NCBI GenBank assembly: GCA_021780815.1
Contig: JAJXYC010000015.1
Span: 209,796-273,795, forward strand
Length of the DNA: 64,000 nt
Direction of reading: 5' to 3'
Origin: Bacteroidota bacterium
GTDB taxonomy: Bacteria; Bacteroidota; Ignavibacteria; Kapaibacteriales; UBA2268
The position numbers and the translations under genes were made by a program. Positions 9,558-20,072 of this stretch are shown here, piece by piece. The notes beneath the pieces were generated by a model. That model did no database searches. It was not told the origin of the DNA and saw only the letters and a list, made by a program, of their open reading frames with translations. The stretch's first letter is position 1. The number at the start of each line of letters is the position of its first letter.

Positions 9558-11686
9558 TTATGGATAAATTACATTTAACAGATAAAGTTCTTGAAATTTT
9601 AAGACAAGCAAATTCTACAATTCAATTAAATGAATTATCAAAACTGCTTCATATAAAATCAAATGAAGATGATTATTTTCTTTTACGGGAAATATTAGAT
9701 GAATTAGTTCAAAGCAAATTAATTACCAAAAGTGCAAAAAGAAAATATTCTTTAAAAGAAATTCCAACAAATAAATATCAAGGTTTAATAGAAATTTCAG
9801 GAGATGTTGGAATTTTAAAAACAAACGAAAAGCATCCCCAAAAAATTATAATTCGTAGGAGAAATTTCAATACTGCTCTTGACGGCGATGAGGTTGTTGT
9901 AAAATTACTTGCCCAAAGAGAAAAGAAAAAATTGCGTGGCGAAGTAATAAAAATTATTAACCGTTCAAAAATCGTATTCTTTGGTACAATTGAATTTGAT
10001 GGCGATTTTTTCTTTTTAGTGCCTGATGATTCTAAATATTACGTAGATTTCCTTGTCCCTCGTAAGTATTTAAAAGATGCTAAAATTGGTGACAAAGTCT
10101 CTGCAAGAATTTTGCATTGGGACGAGCCGTCAAAAAGTCCAGTTGCGGAAATAATTGATGTTTTAGGTAGAACAGGTAATCCCGAAGCAGAATTTAACTC
10201 AATTGTAAAAGATTTCAATTTAATTACAGAATTCCCAAACGAAGTTTTGCAAGAAATAACAAAGATTCGTCCACCTCAAAATCGTGTATATAAATCACGT
10301 AGAGATTTTAGAAATGAAGATGTTATTACTATTGACCCCGAAGACGCTAAAGACTTTGATGATGCCTTATCTTTAAAAAAATTAGAAAATGGTAATTTTT
10401 TGTTGGGTATTCACATTGCTGATGTAAGTTATTATGTTAATGAAAATTCTAATGTTGATATTGAAGCTCGCTACCGTGGAACAAGTGTTTATCTTGTAGA
10501 TAGAGTTATCCCAATGCTACCTGAAAAACTATCCAATGAAATTTGCTCGTTGCAACCTGATAAACCACGCTATGCTTTTAGTGTAATTGTTGAAATTACT
10601 GAAAATGCCGAAGTTATAAATTATGATATTGTTGAAAGTATAATTACTAATAAGCGGCGATTTAATTACAATGAAGTCAAAAATATTATAGACACTCAAA
10701 AAGGCGACTTAGTAGATTTAATTCTTGCTCTTTATAAATTATCTGTTCAATTACGTAAGAAGCGTTTCGAAGAAGGTGGAATTAATTTTAGTACTGTTGA
10801 ATATAAATTCATATTAGATGCCGAAAAATTCCCTGTTCAAGTGATTGAGAAGGAAGCAACTGCGGCAACACAATTAGTAGAAGAATTTATGTTGTTAGCA
10901 AATAAAATTGTAGCTCAGCATATTAAAACCTTAGCCCAAAAACATAATAAAAAGTTTACATTACCATTTATTTATAGAACTCACGATATACCTGATAATG
11001 AAAAATTAAAAGAAGTTTTACAATTCATTAAATCCAGTACCGGCACAAATGTACATTTAAGAAATATTTCTTCAAAACAATTGAACCAGTTTCTTACCGA
11101 TATCAAAGGTAAGGTTGGTGAAGACACAGTGAACCATTTGCTAATACGAGCAATGGCAAAAGCAGAATATTCTGAAAAAAATATTGGACATTATGGACTT
11201 GGCTTCAAAGATTATACACATTTTACTTCCCCTATTCGCAGATACCCTGATTTGCTTGTTCATAGACTTTTAAAAGAATATTCTAATTCTAAATTAACAG
11301 ATGATAGAATTAAATTATTAAAATTATTGGTTAAAGATGCAGCAAAAAATTCCACTATGAGAGAAATTCAAGCAATGGAGGCTGAACGTGCTTCTAACAA
11401 AGTAGCACTACTTTTTTTAACTGACAAGAATATAGGCGAGGTCTTTGATGGAACTGTTACTGGTGTTACTACTTGGGGAATTTATGTCAAATTAAATAAA
11501 ATTCATTCGGAAGGATTAGTGCGTATACGTGATATGATGGACGATTACTACATCTTTGATGAAAAAAACTTTTGTTTGGTCGGAAAAAGAACGAGAAAAA
11601 AATTCGGTTTTGGTGCAAATATTCAAGTACGAATTGCCAAAGTTGATTTTGAAAAAAGACAAATTGAATTAATTCACGAAGGTTAA
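9545..11686 (+). CDS. rnr: Ribonuclease R (cold-shock OB domains, RNB catalytic domain, C-terminal S1 domain)
   Basis: RNB motifs (DFDDALS, VYLVDRVIPMLPE, HYGLGF...YTHFTSPIRRYPD) and a C-terminal S1-like domain. 713 aa. Confidence 0.9.
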   Translation: MYFLIMDKLHLTDKVLEILRQANSTIQLNELSKLLHIKSNEDDYFLLREILDELVQSKLITKSAKRKYSLKEIPTNKYQGLIEISGDVGILKTNEKHPQKIIIRRRNFNTALDGDEVVVKLLAQREKKKLRGEVIKIINRSKIVFFGTIEFDGDFFFLVPDDSKYYVDFLVPRKYLKDAKIGDKVSARILHWDEPSKSPVAEIIDVLGRTGNPEAEFNSIVKDFNLITEFPNEVLQEITKIRPPQNRVYKSRRDFRNEDVITIDPEDAKDFDDALSLKKLENGNFLLGIHIADVSYYVNENSNVDIEARYRGTSVYLVDRVIPMLPEKLSNEICSLQPDKPRYAFSVIVEITENAEVINYDIVESIITNKRRFNYNEVKNIIDTQKGDLVDLILALYKLSVQLRKKRFEEGGINFSTVEYKFILDAEKFPVQVIEKEATAATQLVEEFMLLANKIVAQHIKTLAQKHNKKFTLPFIYRTHDIPDNEKLKEVLQFIKSSTGTNVHLRNISSKQLNQFLTDIKGKVGEDTVNHLLIRAMAKAEYSEKNIGHYGLGFKDYTHFTSPIRRYPDLLVHRLLKEYSNSKLTDDRIKLLKLLVKDAAKNSTMREIQAMEAERASNKVALLFLTDKNIGEVFDGTVTGVTTWGIYVKLNKIHSEGLVRIRDMMDDYYIFDEKNFCLVGKRTRKKFGFGANIQVRIAKVDFEKRQIELIHEG

Positions 11687-11688
11687 AA

Positions 11689-12321
11689 ATGTTTACTGGC
11701 TTAATAGAAGAAATTGGTTACATACGCTCTATAAATCGTCTGGGAAACTCAATTAAATTTGAAATTGAATCTAAAAAGATATTGAATGATTTAAAAATTA
11801 ATGATTCCGTTGCTATCAATGGAGTATGTTTAACTGTTACTGATTTAAAGCAAAACTCTTTTATTGCTGATGCCGTTGATGAAACTTTACGTAAAACAAC
11901 TTTTTCCAGATATAGAATTAATCAAAGTGTTAATTTAGAACGAGCCTTGATGCTTTCTTCACGACTTGGTGGGCATATTGTCCTTGGACATATTGATACA
12001 ATTGGTAAAATTTTAGAAATTAAAAATGAATCATTAGGTATTTTGTTTAAAGTTTCTTTCCCTGTCGAATTTAATAAATTTGTTGTTAAAGTTGGTTCAA
12101 TTTGTATTGATGGTGTTAGCTTAACAATTTCAGATTTATTTAATAATTCATTTAGAACTTCCGTTATCCCTCACACTTTCAATAATACAATTTTCCGTGA
12201 GTATAAAATTGGCAATGAAGTTAATTTAGAATTTGATATATTAGGCAAATACATAGAAAAATTAACAACAGGCAAATCAGATTTTGAAGATAAATTAAAA
12301 TCTTTTTTGAGCGAATCATAA
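11689..12321 (+). CDS. ribE: Riboflavin synthase alpha subunit
   Basis: MFTGLIEEIG start and duplicated lumazine-binding half-domains (VNGVCLTV / IDGVSLTI). It starts 2 nt after rnr. Confidence 0.85.
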   Translation: MFTGLIEEIGYIRSINRLGNSIKFEIESKKILNDLKINDSVAINGVCLTVTDLKQNSFIADAVDETLRKTTFSRYRINQSVNLERALMLSSRLGGHIVLGHIDTIGKILEIKNESLGILFKVSFPVEFNKFVVKVGSICIDGVSLTISDLFNNSFRTSVIPHTFNNTIFREYKIGNEVNLEFDILGKYIEKLTTGKSDFEDKLKSFLSES

Positions 12322-12544
12322 TTTTTTATGTTTTTCTATAAGTTTTTCTATAAAAAATATTATGAAATTTTACAATATTTTAAAATTTCATAACAATAAA
12401 ATTATATTATATACTTTCTATATCATTATTACTTTTTATAAACTTAATATAAAGTTGTTTGGCAAAATTTTTACAGTATTTTTGTAATATTTTTAATAGT
12501 TAAGTGTTATAAGTGTTATATATAATTATCAAAAGGTAAAGAAT

Positions 12545-15500
12545 ATGCTAAACACTTTTTATAAGAGTTTAAGAAGAGTTGATATCGCCTCTATAATAAA
12601 GGTAAAAAATATAAGTATAGTATTTACTGCGTTTTTTATTGCAAGTTTAAATTTAATTGCTCAATCTCAAATTAAAATCATTGAATCCAACACACAAAGT
12701 TTAATCCTTGAATATACATCATCTGTTGTAGGATTTAATGCGTTCAAGAGCGAAAATGGAGATAGCTGTTTTTTACCAATTATACCCAATACTTATACTG
12801 TCGAAGGTACAGTTGGAAGTCCTTCTAAACTACAATATTCTGAAAATATTACTATACCTTCGCCTGATGGTTTTAAATTAGAAGATGTTCAATTTACAAA
12901 TATTCAAGAATATAATAAGTTAATTTGCCCTAATCCGGAATTATTTACTAATGATATTCTCAAATATCCAATTAATACGAATAATTACAGCAAAATTGAT
13001 TTGAGCAATATTGTTAATTTGAAATATATTGGAATTGGTGGTAATCGTTATTTAGCAAAACTTACAATTGATGCCGCAAGGTGGGATTATGCAACAAATT
13101 CTATTAAAGTTCCTACAAAAATTTTAATAAAAATTTCCTTTGCTCCACAAAATGCAACAACCAAGTTAAATCCTTCAGATATAAAAGATTTATCAGGAAT
13201 TCCATTATCAATTAATGACCGTGAAACACAAAGTTTTGTTATACCAAGAAATCCTAATTTACCAAAGCTACTCAAAACAACAAAAAATGTTTTACAATCA
13301 AGCAACTCGCAAGCAGTAAAAATAGAAGTTGATGAAGATGGAATCTATCAAATTGATGCCTCTCAACTTTCTAATTTGGGGATAAATATCCAGCCAAGCG
13401 ATGTTCCCACGATTAAAATATTCGGAAATGGTGGAAAGATGCTTGATGAGCAAGTAAGTTCATCTTTGTCAAATTATATGAAAGAACAAGAAATAATAGT
13501 GAATACTAACACTGATGGTTCGCTTAATTCTATTGAATTTTATGGAGCATCTACAAAAGGTTTTGAGATAAGAAATAATATTATTACACGTTACCACAAC
13601 ACTTATTCAGACCAAAATTACTATTTGTTAACTTGGGGTGGAGACCCGGGCAAAAGATCTGTTCCACAGGCTACGCCACAAGGCGACGTAGTAAATCGCC
13701 CAACAACTTATTACCATAGAACTTTTTTTGAAGAAGAAGTAAACAACCCTTATATTACACCTTGTGGGAGAACTTGGTTCGGAAGAATTGTTTCATCGTC
13801 AACTTATATGGATAATTTGCCAAATTTAGACCGCTCACAACCAATTATGATGAGGTTTAGCCTTGCACACCGCTCTCCTTCTTATGGTGTTTTTACCGTT
13901 TCTGAAAATGGTTCTCAAATCTTGCAAATGGGCTTACCTGCAGTTGCTTTGAATAATTACGAACACTCAGCAAGAGATTTTAAATCTGTTACTTTTTCTC
14001 CAAATCTAATTCAATCTGACAATAGAAGCATAATCAAAATAGATTATTCCAACAACAACAGTCCAACTTCTTCAACCCCCTATTTAGATTATTATGAAAT
14101 TCATTATCCAAGAAGTTTTTATGCAATTGATAATGAATTAACATTTTATCCTGATACTACATTAAGGGGAATAACGGAATTTGCAGTAAATGGTTTTAGT
14201 GGAAATTTGTTGGGATTTGATTTAACTGATATATCTCACCCCAAATTATTAGAAAATTTATCCAAAACTAATGGAATTTATATTTTTAGAAAAAATTTTC
14301 AAGATGGAACGTTAAATAGGTTCTATATTTCTGGAAAACTGAAATCCCCTATATTAAGTAAAGTTTCACTTGCAAATATAGAAAAAGATGATAATTCAAA
14401 TGCAATTTTAGTAACGGACAAATCTTTATTAAATTCAGCACAAAAATACGTGGCATATAGAGAATCAAATAGTAATTTAAAGATAAAAATTGTAACAACA
14501 GACCAAATTTACAATGAACGAAATGCCGGCATGCCTGACATAACCGCAATTCGTGATTATATTAGTTTTGCTTACCAAGTTTGGAATAATTCAGTAAAAT
14601 TTTTAATCATTTGGGGAGATGGTCATTTTGACTATAAAGGCGTGCAGTATAAAACTCCGAATATGGTACCAGCATACGAATCACCTGATGAAGATGTTTA
14701 CACATTTTCAGAAGTAGAAGATGATTATTGCACAGATGACTTTTTTGCTTGTATTGCTGGTAATGATGATGTATGCGATATACCTTTTGGTAGAATACCT
14801 ATTAATACAGACAATGAAGGTCTTGCCACATTATCAAAAATTCAAACTTATGAACAAAATTCAAGCATAGATGATTGGCGAACAAAAGTATTTTTAATGG
14901 CTGATGATGGGGTTTCGGGAGATTATTATGAAGGTGCAGTCCATGTAAATTATTCAGAAGATTTATTCCACTATTACATTCCATCAAGTATGGTGGTAAA
15001 TAAATTATATTTAACTGAATTTCCAACTGAAAATATACCAGGCGGCAAAAGGAAACCAACTGCCACAGAAAATATGATAAGCACTTTAAATACATCAGGC
15101 GCTCTTCTTTGGAATTGGATTGGTCATGGTAATCCGCAAGTATTAGCTCACGAACACCTTTTTGATAGAGATATTCAGGTTGCCCAAATGACAAATTTAC
15201 AGAAATTAACTTTTTTAACAGCAGCTACTTGCGATTTTGGTAGATTTGATGACCCCGAAACTAAATCAGGAGCAGAAGCTTTGTTCATAAGTCCAAATGG
15301 CGGAACAATTGGCTCTTTTTCTGCAACTCGTGTTGTTTACGGGATCTATAATGCAGAGTTAAATAATTATTTGTACCAAAACCTTTTCAAATTAAATCCT
15401 AATACAGGCGATTACTATACATTAGGTGAAGTAATTGAAAAAGTTAAGCAAGTTTATAGCAGGATAAATGATAAAAAGTTCTTTTTGCTTGGAGACCCTA

Positions 15501-16612
15501 CTATGAAATTACTTCTACCAAACTATACTGCTCGGATTGATTCAGTTAATAATAATGAGGTTTCTGATTCAAGTTCAGTTGTTCATCTAAAAGGACTTAC
15601 AAATGTCCATATTGCAGGTTCAATCATTAATCCTTTATCCAATAATGTTCAAACAGATTATAATGGAACAGCATATGTTACAATGTATGATGGCGACTAT
15701 ATCAAAATAGCTTATGATGATGTCCCTAATAGTGCAACTTTTGTAATTCAAAAAATTGGTGGTGCTTTAAACCGTACCGCTGTAAAAGTCCAAAATGGAA
15801 AATTCGCCTCTGATTTTATTATTCCAAAAGACATCAGTTTTTCCGATAGTACTGGTCGTATTTATGCTTACACAATTTCTGATAAAAATATTTATGGCAA
15901 AGGCGTTACTCGTAAAATTATCGTTGATGGTATATCAGCAACCTATGTAATTGATGATACCCCCCCTGAAATTAGTATTTATTTAGATTCTCGTAACTTT
16001 AAAAGTGGCGATATGGTATCTTCTAATCCACTTTTAATACTTGATTTGTATGATAAAAGTGGTATTAATACAACGGGATTAGGTATTGGTCATCTAGTTG
16101 AAGCTTGGATTGACGATAATCCGAATTCAATCAATTTAACAAATGACCTTTCAAGTTCTTTTGATAAACCTAACTTTTCTTCTTTACAGAAAATCCTATA
16201 TGGCTTACAACCAGGAACACATAAAATTAAAGTTAGAGCATGGGATGTATTTAATAATTTTGCCATTGATAGCGTATTGTTTTCAACTTCACCGGCTAAT
16301 TCTGGTGGAACAATTAAAAATGCATTAGTTATACCAAATCCATTCCATAGCAGTGGATGCAATATTCAATTTTCGCACAATATTGAACCACCATATACCG
16401 CCCAAATTTCAATTTTTAATTCAATAGGCACCCTTGTTAGAACTTTGTATGCAAATGGAACAAATTATAGTTCAAGCACTATTACTTGGGATGGAAAAGA
16501 TGAAAATGGCAATTCAATGCCAGTAGGAGCTTACTTCTTCCAAATTTATTTGCAAAATAATAATGGAAAAAGTGTTAAAACAAATGCAATTAATGGAATT
16601 TTAATTAAATAA
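12545..16612 (+). CDS. Large secreted C25-family cysteine peptidase (gingipain/PorU-like) with a T9SS type-A C-terminal sorting domain; candidate PorU (T9SS signal peptidase) by position upstream of porV
   Basis: C25 catalytic blocks (DDYCTDDFFACIAG..FGRIP, WNWIGHGNPQ for His, LTAATCDFGRFDD for Cys). The C-terminal about 90 aa fit the Por secretion tail pattern (VIPNPF...WDGKDENG..PVGAYFFQI). An N-terminal signal anchor is present. Confidence 0.65.
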   Translation: MLNTFYKSLRRVDIASIIKVKNISIVFTAFFIASLNLIAQSQIKIIESNTQSLILEYTSSVVGFNAFKSENGDSCFLPIIPNTYTVEGTVGSPSKLQYSENITIPSPDGFKLEDVQFTNIQEYNKLICPNPELFTNDILKYPINTNNYSKIDLSNIVNLKYIGIGGNRYLAKLTIDAARWDYATNSIKVPTKILIKISFAPQNATTKLNPSDIKDLSGIPLSINDRETQSFVIPRNPNLPKLLKTTKNVLQSSNSQAVKIEVDEDGIYQIDASQLSNLGINIQPSDVPTIKIFGNGGKMLDEQVSSSLSNYMKEQEIIVNTNTDGSLNSIEFYGASTKGFEIRNNIITRYHNTYSDQNYYLLTWGGDPGKRSVPQATPQGDVVNRPTTYYHRTFFEEEVNNPYITPCGRTWFGRIVSSSTYMDNLPNLDRSQPIMMRFSLAHRSPSYGVFTVSENGSQILQMGLPAVALNNYEHSARDFKSVTFSPNLIQSDNRSIIKIDYSNNNSPTSSTPYLDYYEIHYPRSFYAIDNELTFYPDTTLRGITEFAVNGFSGNLLGFDLTDISHPKLLENLSKTNGIYIFRKNFQDGTLNRFYISGKLKSPILSKVSLANIEKDDNSNAILVTDKSLLNSAQKYVAYRESNSNLKIKIVTTDQIYNERNAGMPDITAIRDYISFAYQVWNNSVKFLIIWGDGHFDYKGVQYKTPNMVPAYESPDEDVYTFSEVEDDYCTDDFFACIAGNDDVCDIPFGRIPINTDNEGLATLSKIQTYEQNSSIDDWRTKVFLMADDGVSGDYYEGAVHVNYSEDLFHYYIPSSMVVNKLYLTEFPTENIPGGKRKPTATENMISTLNTSGALLWNWIGHGNPQVLAHEHLFDRDIQVAQMTNLQKLTFLTAATCDFGRFDDPETKSGAEALFISPNGGTIGSFSATRVVYGIYNAELNNYLYQNLFKLNPNTGDYYTLGEVIEKVKQVYSRINDKKFFLLGDPTMKLLLPNYTARIDSVNNNEVSDSSSVVHLKGLTNVHIAGSIINPLSNNVQTDYNGTAYVTMYDGDYIKIAYDDVPNSATFVIQKIGGALNRTAVKVQNGKFASDFIIPKDISFSDSTGRIYAYTISDKNIYGKGVTRKIIVDGISATYVIDDTPPEISIYLDSRNFKSGDMVSSNPLLILDLYDKSGINTTGLGIGHLVEAWIDDNPNSINLTNDLSSSFDKPNFSSLQKILYGLQPGTHKIKVRAWDVFNNFAIDSVLFSTSPANSGGTIKNALVIPNPFHSSGCNIQFSHNIEPPYTAQISIFNSIGTLVRTLYANGTNYSSSTITWDGKDENGNSMPVGAYFFQIYLQNNNGKSVKTNAINGILIK

Positions 16613-16764
16613 AAATTTGTTGAAATTTTAAACAAAAATTAAATTCATTCGTTAATTTGGTATAATTTTTTCAGTAATATTGAATCCATTTCAAAATTAA
16701 AATTTTTAAAGGCATATTTATCGTATAATCTTTACTTTGTATAAAAGTAAATCTTGGAGAAACA

Positions 16765-17871
16765 ATGAAGAGAATAAAATTGATACTTGCAATGAGTACA
16801 ATATTAATAGGTATTTTTACCGCAAACACAGAAAGAACATACGCACAAGCTGGTGGTTCATCCGTACCATTTTTATTAATATCCCCAGACGCAAGAATGA
16901 GCGGTATGGGCGAAACAGGTACTGCTATTGCTGATGACATTAATGCAGTTTATTGGAATACTGGAGGACTTGCATTCTTGCAAAATTTCCCTAAACTTAA
17001 TCAATTTGATGATAATGAACAACCTACACCTTTTAGGCAAGTTGCACTTTCTTTTTCACCTTGGCTACCTCAATTTAATGCTGACTTATATTATAGCTAT
17101 GGTACTATTGGACAATATTTTGATGCATTGCAAGGTACTGCCGCATTCAACTTTATATTTATGAACCTTGGTGAATTTACTCGTACCGCAGAAGATGGGA
17201 CTGTCCTTGGGAAGTTTATTTCTAATGAATTTTCAGTCGGATTTTCTTACGGGACAATAGTTGCTCCTGATTTAGGTGTTGGATTTCAATTAAAGTATAT
17301 ACAATCTAATTTAACTCCTACTACTGCTGGTCAACAAAATGCAGGAACTGGTATTAGTGCAGGGTTCGATTTAGGTGTATTGTGGAAACCACAAACTTTG
17401 CCTTATTTAGATGATAAATTATCACTCGGCTTTAACTTAAAAAATATTGGTCCTAAAATCACTTATATTCGTGAAGCTGACCCTTTACCAACTACTTTAA
17501 ATTTAGGTATTGCTTTTAAAGCTTACCAAGATGAATTTCATAGTTTAAAATTTGCCGCTGATTTCAGCAAATTACTCGTTAAACGTGATAGCCTTGATAG
17601 TGATCCTTTACCTAAATCCCTTGTTACTGGCTGGCAAAACCCTGGTGCAGATTTATCTATTGGTGCCGAATATTGGTATGAAGATTTAATCGCTTTACGA
17701 GCTGGATATTTCACAGAACCTTCTGTATTAGGAGATAGAAAATATTGGAACTTCGGTGCCGGTATTAAATACAACATTTTCAAACTTGATTTTAGTTTTA
17801 TAAATACTATTGAAGCAAACCATCCACTTGCAAATACAATGAGATTCTCTATGCTAATTGATTGGAGATAA
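16765..17871 (+). CDS. porV: PorV/LptO-like T9SS outer-membrane beta-barrel protein (PorV/PorQ family)
   Basis: Signal peptide, then a FLLISPDARMSGMGETGTA block that I recognise as the PorV/PorQ family N-terminal signature. A FadL-like roughly 370-aa beta-barrel composition. It lies directly downstream of the C25 PorU-like gene, as in the Bacteroidetes porU-porV arrangement. Confidence 0.55.
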   Translation: MKRIKLILAMSTILIGIFTANTERTYAQAGGSSVPFLLISPDARMSGMGETGTAIADDINAVYWNTGGLAFLQNFPKLNQFDDNEQPTPFRQVALSFSPWLPQFNADLYYSYGTIGQYFDALQGTAAFNFIFMNLGEFTRTAEDGTVLGKFISNEFSVGFSYGTIVAPDLGVGFQLKYIQSNLTPTTAGQQNAGTGISAGFDLGVLWKPQTLPYLDDKLSLGFNLKNIGPKITYIREADPLPTTLNLGIAFKAYQDEFHSLKFAADFSKLLVKRDSLDSDPLPKSLVTGWQNPGADLSIGAEYWYEDLIALRAGYFTEPSVLGDRKYWNFGAGIKYNIFKLDFSFINTIEANHPLANTMRFSMLIDWR

Positions 17872-17930
17872 TCGTATGTTTTTGTCTTTATAATTTTGTT
17901 TGTGTATGTACAAATTAAACAAATAACTTT

Positions 17931-17977
17931 CAATCCCCTCTTTAATCCTATGATATTATTGAGGGGATTTGTTTTTG
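17931..17977 (+). terminator. Rho-independent terminator downstream of the porV-like gene
   Basis: Hairpin CAATCCCCTC...GAGGGGATTG (10-bp stem, about 20-nt loop) followed by TTTTTG. Confidence 0.5.
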
Positions 17978-18023
17978 AATAACCAAATTTATCCTTTAAA
18001 ACTATTAGCAAATATAAATATCT

Positions 18024-19451
18024 ATGAAAATTGAAACAGTAATTGCACATTCAAGTGAATTGTTAAGAATAGTATCCAATTCCACTCAACCAACAGATAA
18101 TTTTTTATCTGATTACTTCCGTAAAAAAAAATATTTCGGAAGCAAAGAACGTAAGTTTGCTTCTAATTTAATTTATTTTGTATTAAGAAATTTAACTTTA
18201 TTCAAATTCTTTTATAATTTATTAAGAGAACGAAATAATTGGATTAGTACTAAAAATGAATTTGAATCTATTTGCTATATCGCTCTAATGCTTTGTTATT
18301 GTTGTCCTAATGAGTTTCCCGATTTTAATCCAAATGAATTAATAAAGAAAATCGAACAAGAACAAAGTACTGAATCTATTTTACAATTATTTTTCACAAA
18401 TGATTTTGAAAATATTTTAAGTATTATCAAGGATAATTTTACAAAAATCCAAGATGATATTAGTAACTTAAAATTGGAAGATATACTTATTTCCAAAGAA
18501 AGCCGCAATTTATTAGTAAATAGATACAGTTTCCCTGAATATCTTTTAGAATCAATTTTAAAAAATTTTATTGATATAAATAGTTTGATTAATTTATTAG
18601 AAAATTCAATTAAACAAGCACCAATTTCTATAAGAATTAATTTAAGAAATTCAGACATTATAAGCGTTATAAACTCTTTAAAAACATCTGAAATTGAACC
18701 TATTTGTTCACAAATTTCACCAGTGGGTTTAATTTTAAATAAAAGAGTACAGCTAAATGAATTAGATGTTTATAAATCAGGAAAAATTGAAGTACAAGAT
18801 ATTGGGAGTCAATTAATTTCACTTGTTTTAGACCCATTAGAAACCGACAATGTTTTAGATGCTTGTGCAGGTGCTGGCGGTAAATCCTTGCATATTGCAG
18901 ATTTACAAAACGATAAAGGAAAAATTATCGCCAACGATATTGAATTTCATCGCTTAAAAGAGATCCCGAAACGAGCTTTCAAAAATGGAGTAAAATCAAT
19001 ACAAATACACCATTTTAATTTAAAAACAAAGCAAAATAAATTAATTGAACTAAATAAAGGTAATTTATTTGATAAAGTTATTGTTGATGCACCTTGCTCT
19101 GGTTCGGGAACTATTCGCCGCAATCCTATAAGAAAATTTCAAATCAATGAAAGATTAATTAGTAAATTAAATGAAAATCAATTAAATATATTGGAATTCT
19201 ATTCCAAATATCTTAAAAATGGTGGAATTTTACTTTACTCAACCTGTTCAATACTTCCGCAAGAAAATTCAGAGTTAATCACAAAGTTTTTGCAAAGAAA
19301 TTCAAATTTTATACCAGAAGATATTCGTCCAACAATTCAAAAGAGTAATATAAATAAAGTCCATTTGCTCCAAGATTATATGGTATCGACAGATTTCCGA
19401 GAAGATGAAACTGACGGATTTTTTATAGCAAAGTTGCACAAATTAAATTGA
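18024..19451 (+). CDS. rsmB: 16S rRNA (cytosine-C5)-methyltransferase, RsmB/Sun family (NusB-like N-domain plus NOL1/NOP2/Sun methyltransferase)
   Basis: SAM motif DACAGAGGKS and catalytic VDAPCSGSGTIRRNP and LLYSTCS motifs. Confidence 0.8.
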   Translation: MKIETVIAHSSELLRIVSNSTQPTDNFLSDYFRKKKYFGSKERKFASNLIYFVLRNLTLFKFFYNLLRERNNWISTKNEFESICYIALMLCYCCPNEFPDFNPNELIKKIEQEQSTESILQLFFTNDFENILSIIKDNFTKIQDDISNLKLEDILISKESRNLLVNRYSFPEYLLESILKNFIDINSLINLLENSIKQAPISIRINLRNSDIISVINSLKTSEIEPICSQISPVGLILNKRVQLNELDVYKSGKIEVQDIGSQLISLVLDPLETDNVLDACAGAGGKSLHIADLQNDKGKIIANDIEFHRLKEIPKRAFKNGVKSIQIHHFNLKTKQNKLIELNKGNLFDKVIVDAPCSGSGTIRRNPIRKFQINERLISKLNENQLNILEFYSKYLKNGGILLYSTCSILPQENSELITKFLQRNSNFIPEDIRPTIQKSNINKVHLLQDYMVSTDFREDETDGFFIAKLHKLN

Positions 19452-20036
19452 AAATCGGCTCATTATTGCTTTTGAAATTGTAAGTTCATCAGTAAATTCT
19501 AACGAAGAGCCTATTGGCATACCCATAGCAATACGAGTAACAGCAACACCAAATGGGTGTAAAAGTTTAGCAATATATTGCGAAGTTGCTTCCCCTTCTA
19601 CGCTTGGATTTAATGCTAAAATTACTTCTTCTATATTTCCAATTCTTTGAATTAGCTCTTTAATCTTTAACTCATCAGGCGATATCCCTTCTAATGGGCT
19701 TATTACGCCATGCAGGACATGATAAAGTCCAAAGAATTCATTTGTCTTTTCAATTGCAATAACATCAGAAGGATCTTCAACAACACAAATTATTCTTCGT
19801 TTTCTTTTTTCAGAAGAGCAAATAGGGCAAGGGTCTGTTTCTGTATAATTAAAACAAGTTGAACAAAGTTTTACTTTCTTTTTAATATCTAAAAGTGCCT
19901 GTGAAAAGCTTTCAATATAGTCATCATCACTTTTAAGCAAATGATAGGTTAATCTTTGAGCAGTTTTTTTCCCTATTGTTGGCAATGAAGCTAAAATATT
20001 AACCATTTTTTCTATAGAATCAGATGTGTAAATCAT
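19443..20036 (-). CDS. recR: Recombination protein RecR
   Basis: N-terminal HhH (LPTIGKKTAQRL), C4 zinc finger (CSTC...CPIC) and Toprim region. 197 aa. Its 3' end overlaps the convergent rsmB by 9 nt. Confidence 0.9.
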   Translation of the reverse strand: MIYTSDSIEKMVNILASLPTIGKKTAQRLTYHLLKSDDDYIESFSQALLDIKKKVKLCSTCFNYTETDPCPICSSEKRKRRIICVVEDPSDVIAIEKTNEFFGLYHVLHGVISPLEGISPDELKIKELIQRIGNIEEVILALNPSVEGEATSQYIAKLLHPFGVAVTRIAMGMPIGSSLEFTDELTISKAIMSRFSI

Positions 20037-20072
20037 ATTTATGAAATTTTCAGTTTAATTTATCAATTGTTA

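Noticed and set aside
14349-16362. Several 60-130-aa ORFs on either strand inside the porU-like gene
   Set aside because: They are nested in a long ORF with clear C25 homology. They have low-complexity translations and no ribosome-binding sites.
16671-17164. ORFs 16671-16940 (-), 16737-16934 (+) and 16928-17164 (+) overlapping the porV-like gene start
   Set aside because: They overlap the signal peptide and N-terminus of a much longer, well-supported ORF. Their translations are K/R/N-rich low-complexity.
17538-18050. 170-aa minus-strand ORF spanning the porV 3' end and the terminator
   Set aside because: It runs through a strong terminator hairpin and overlaps two well-supported genes. It has no recognisable domain.
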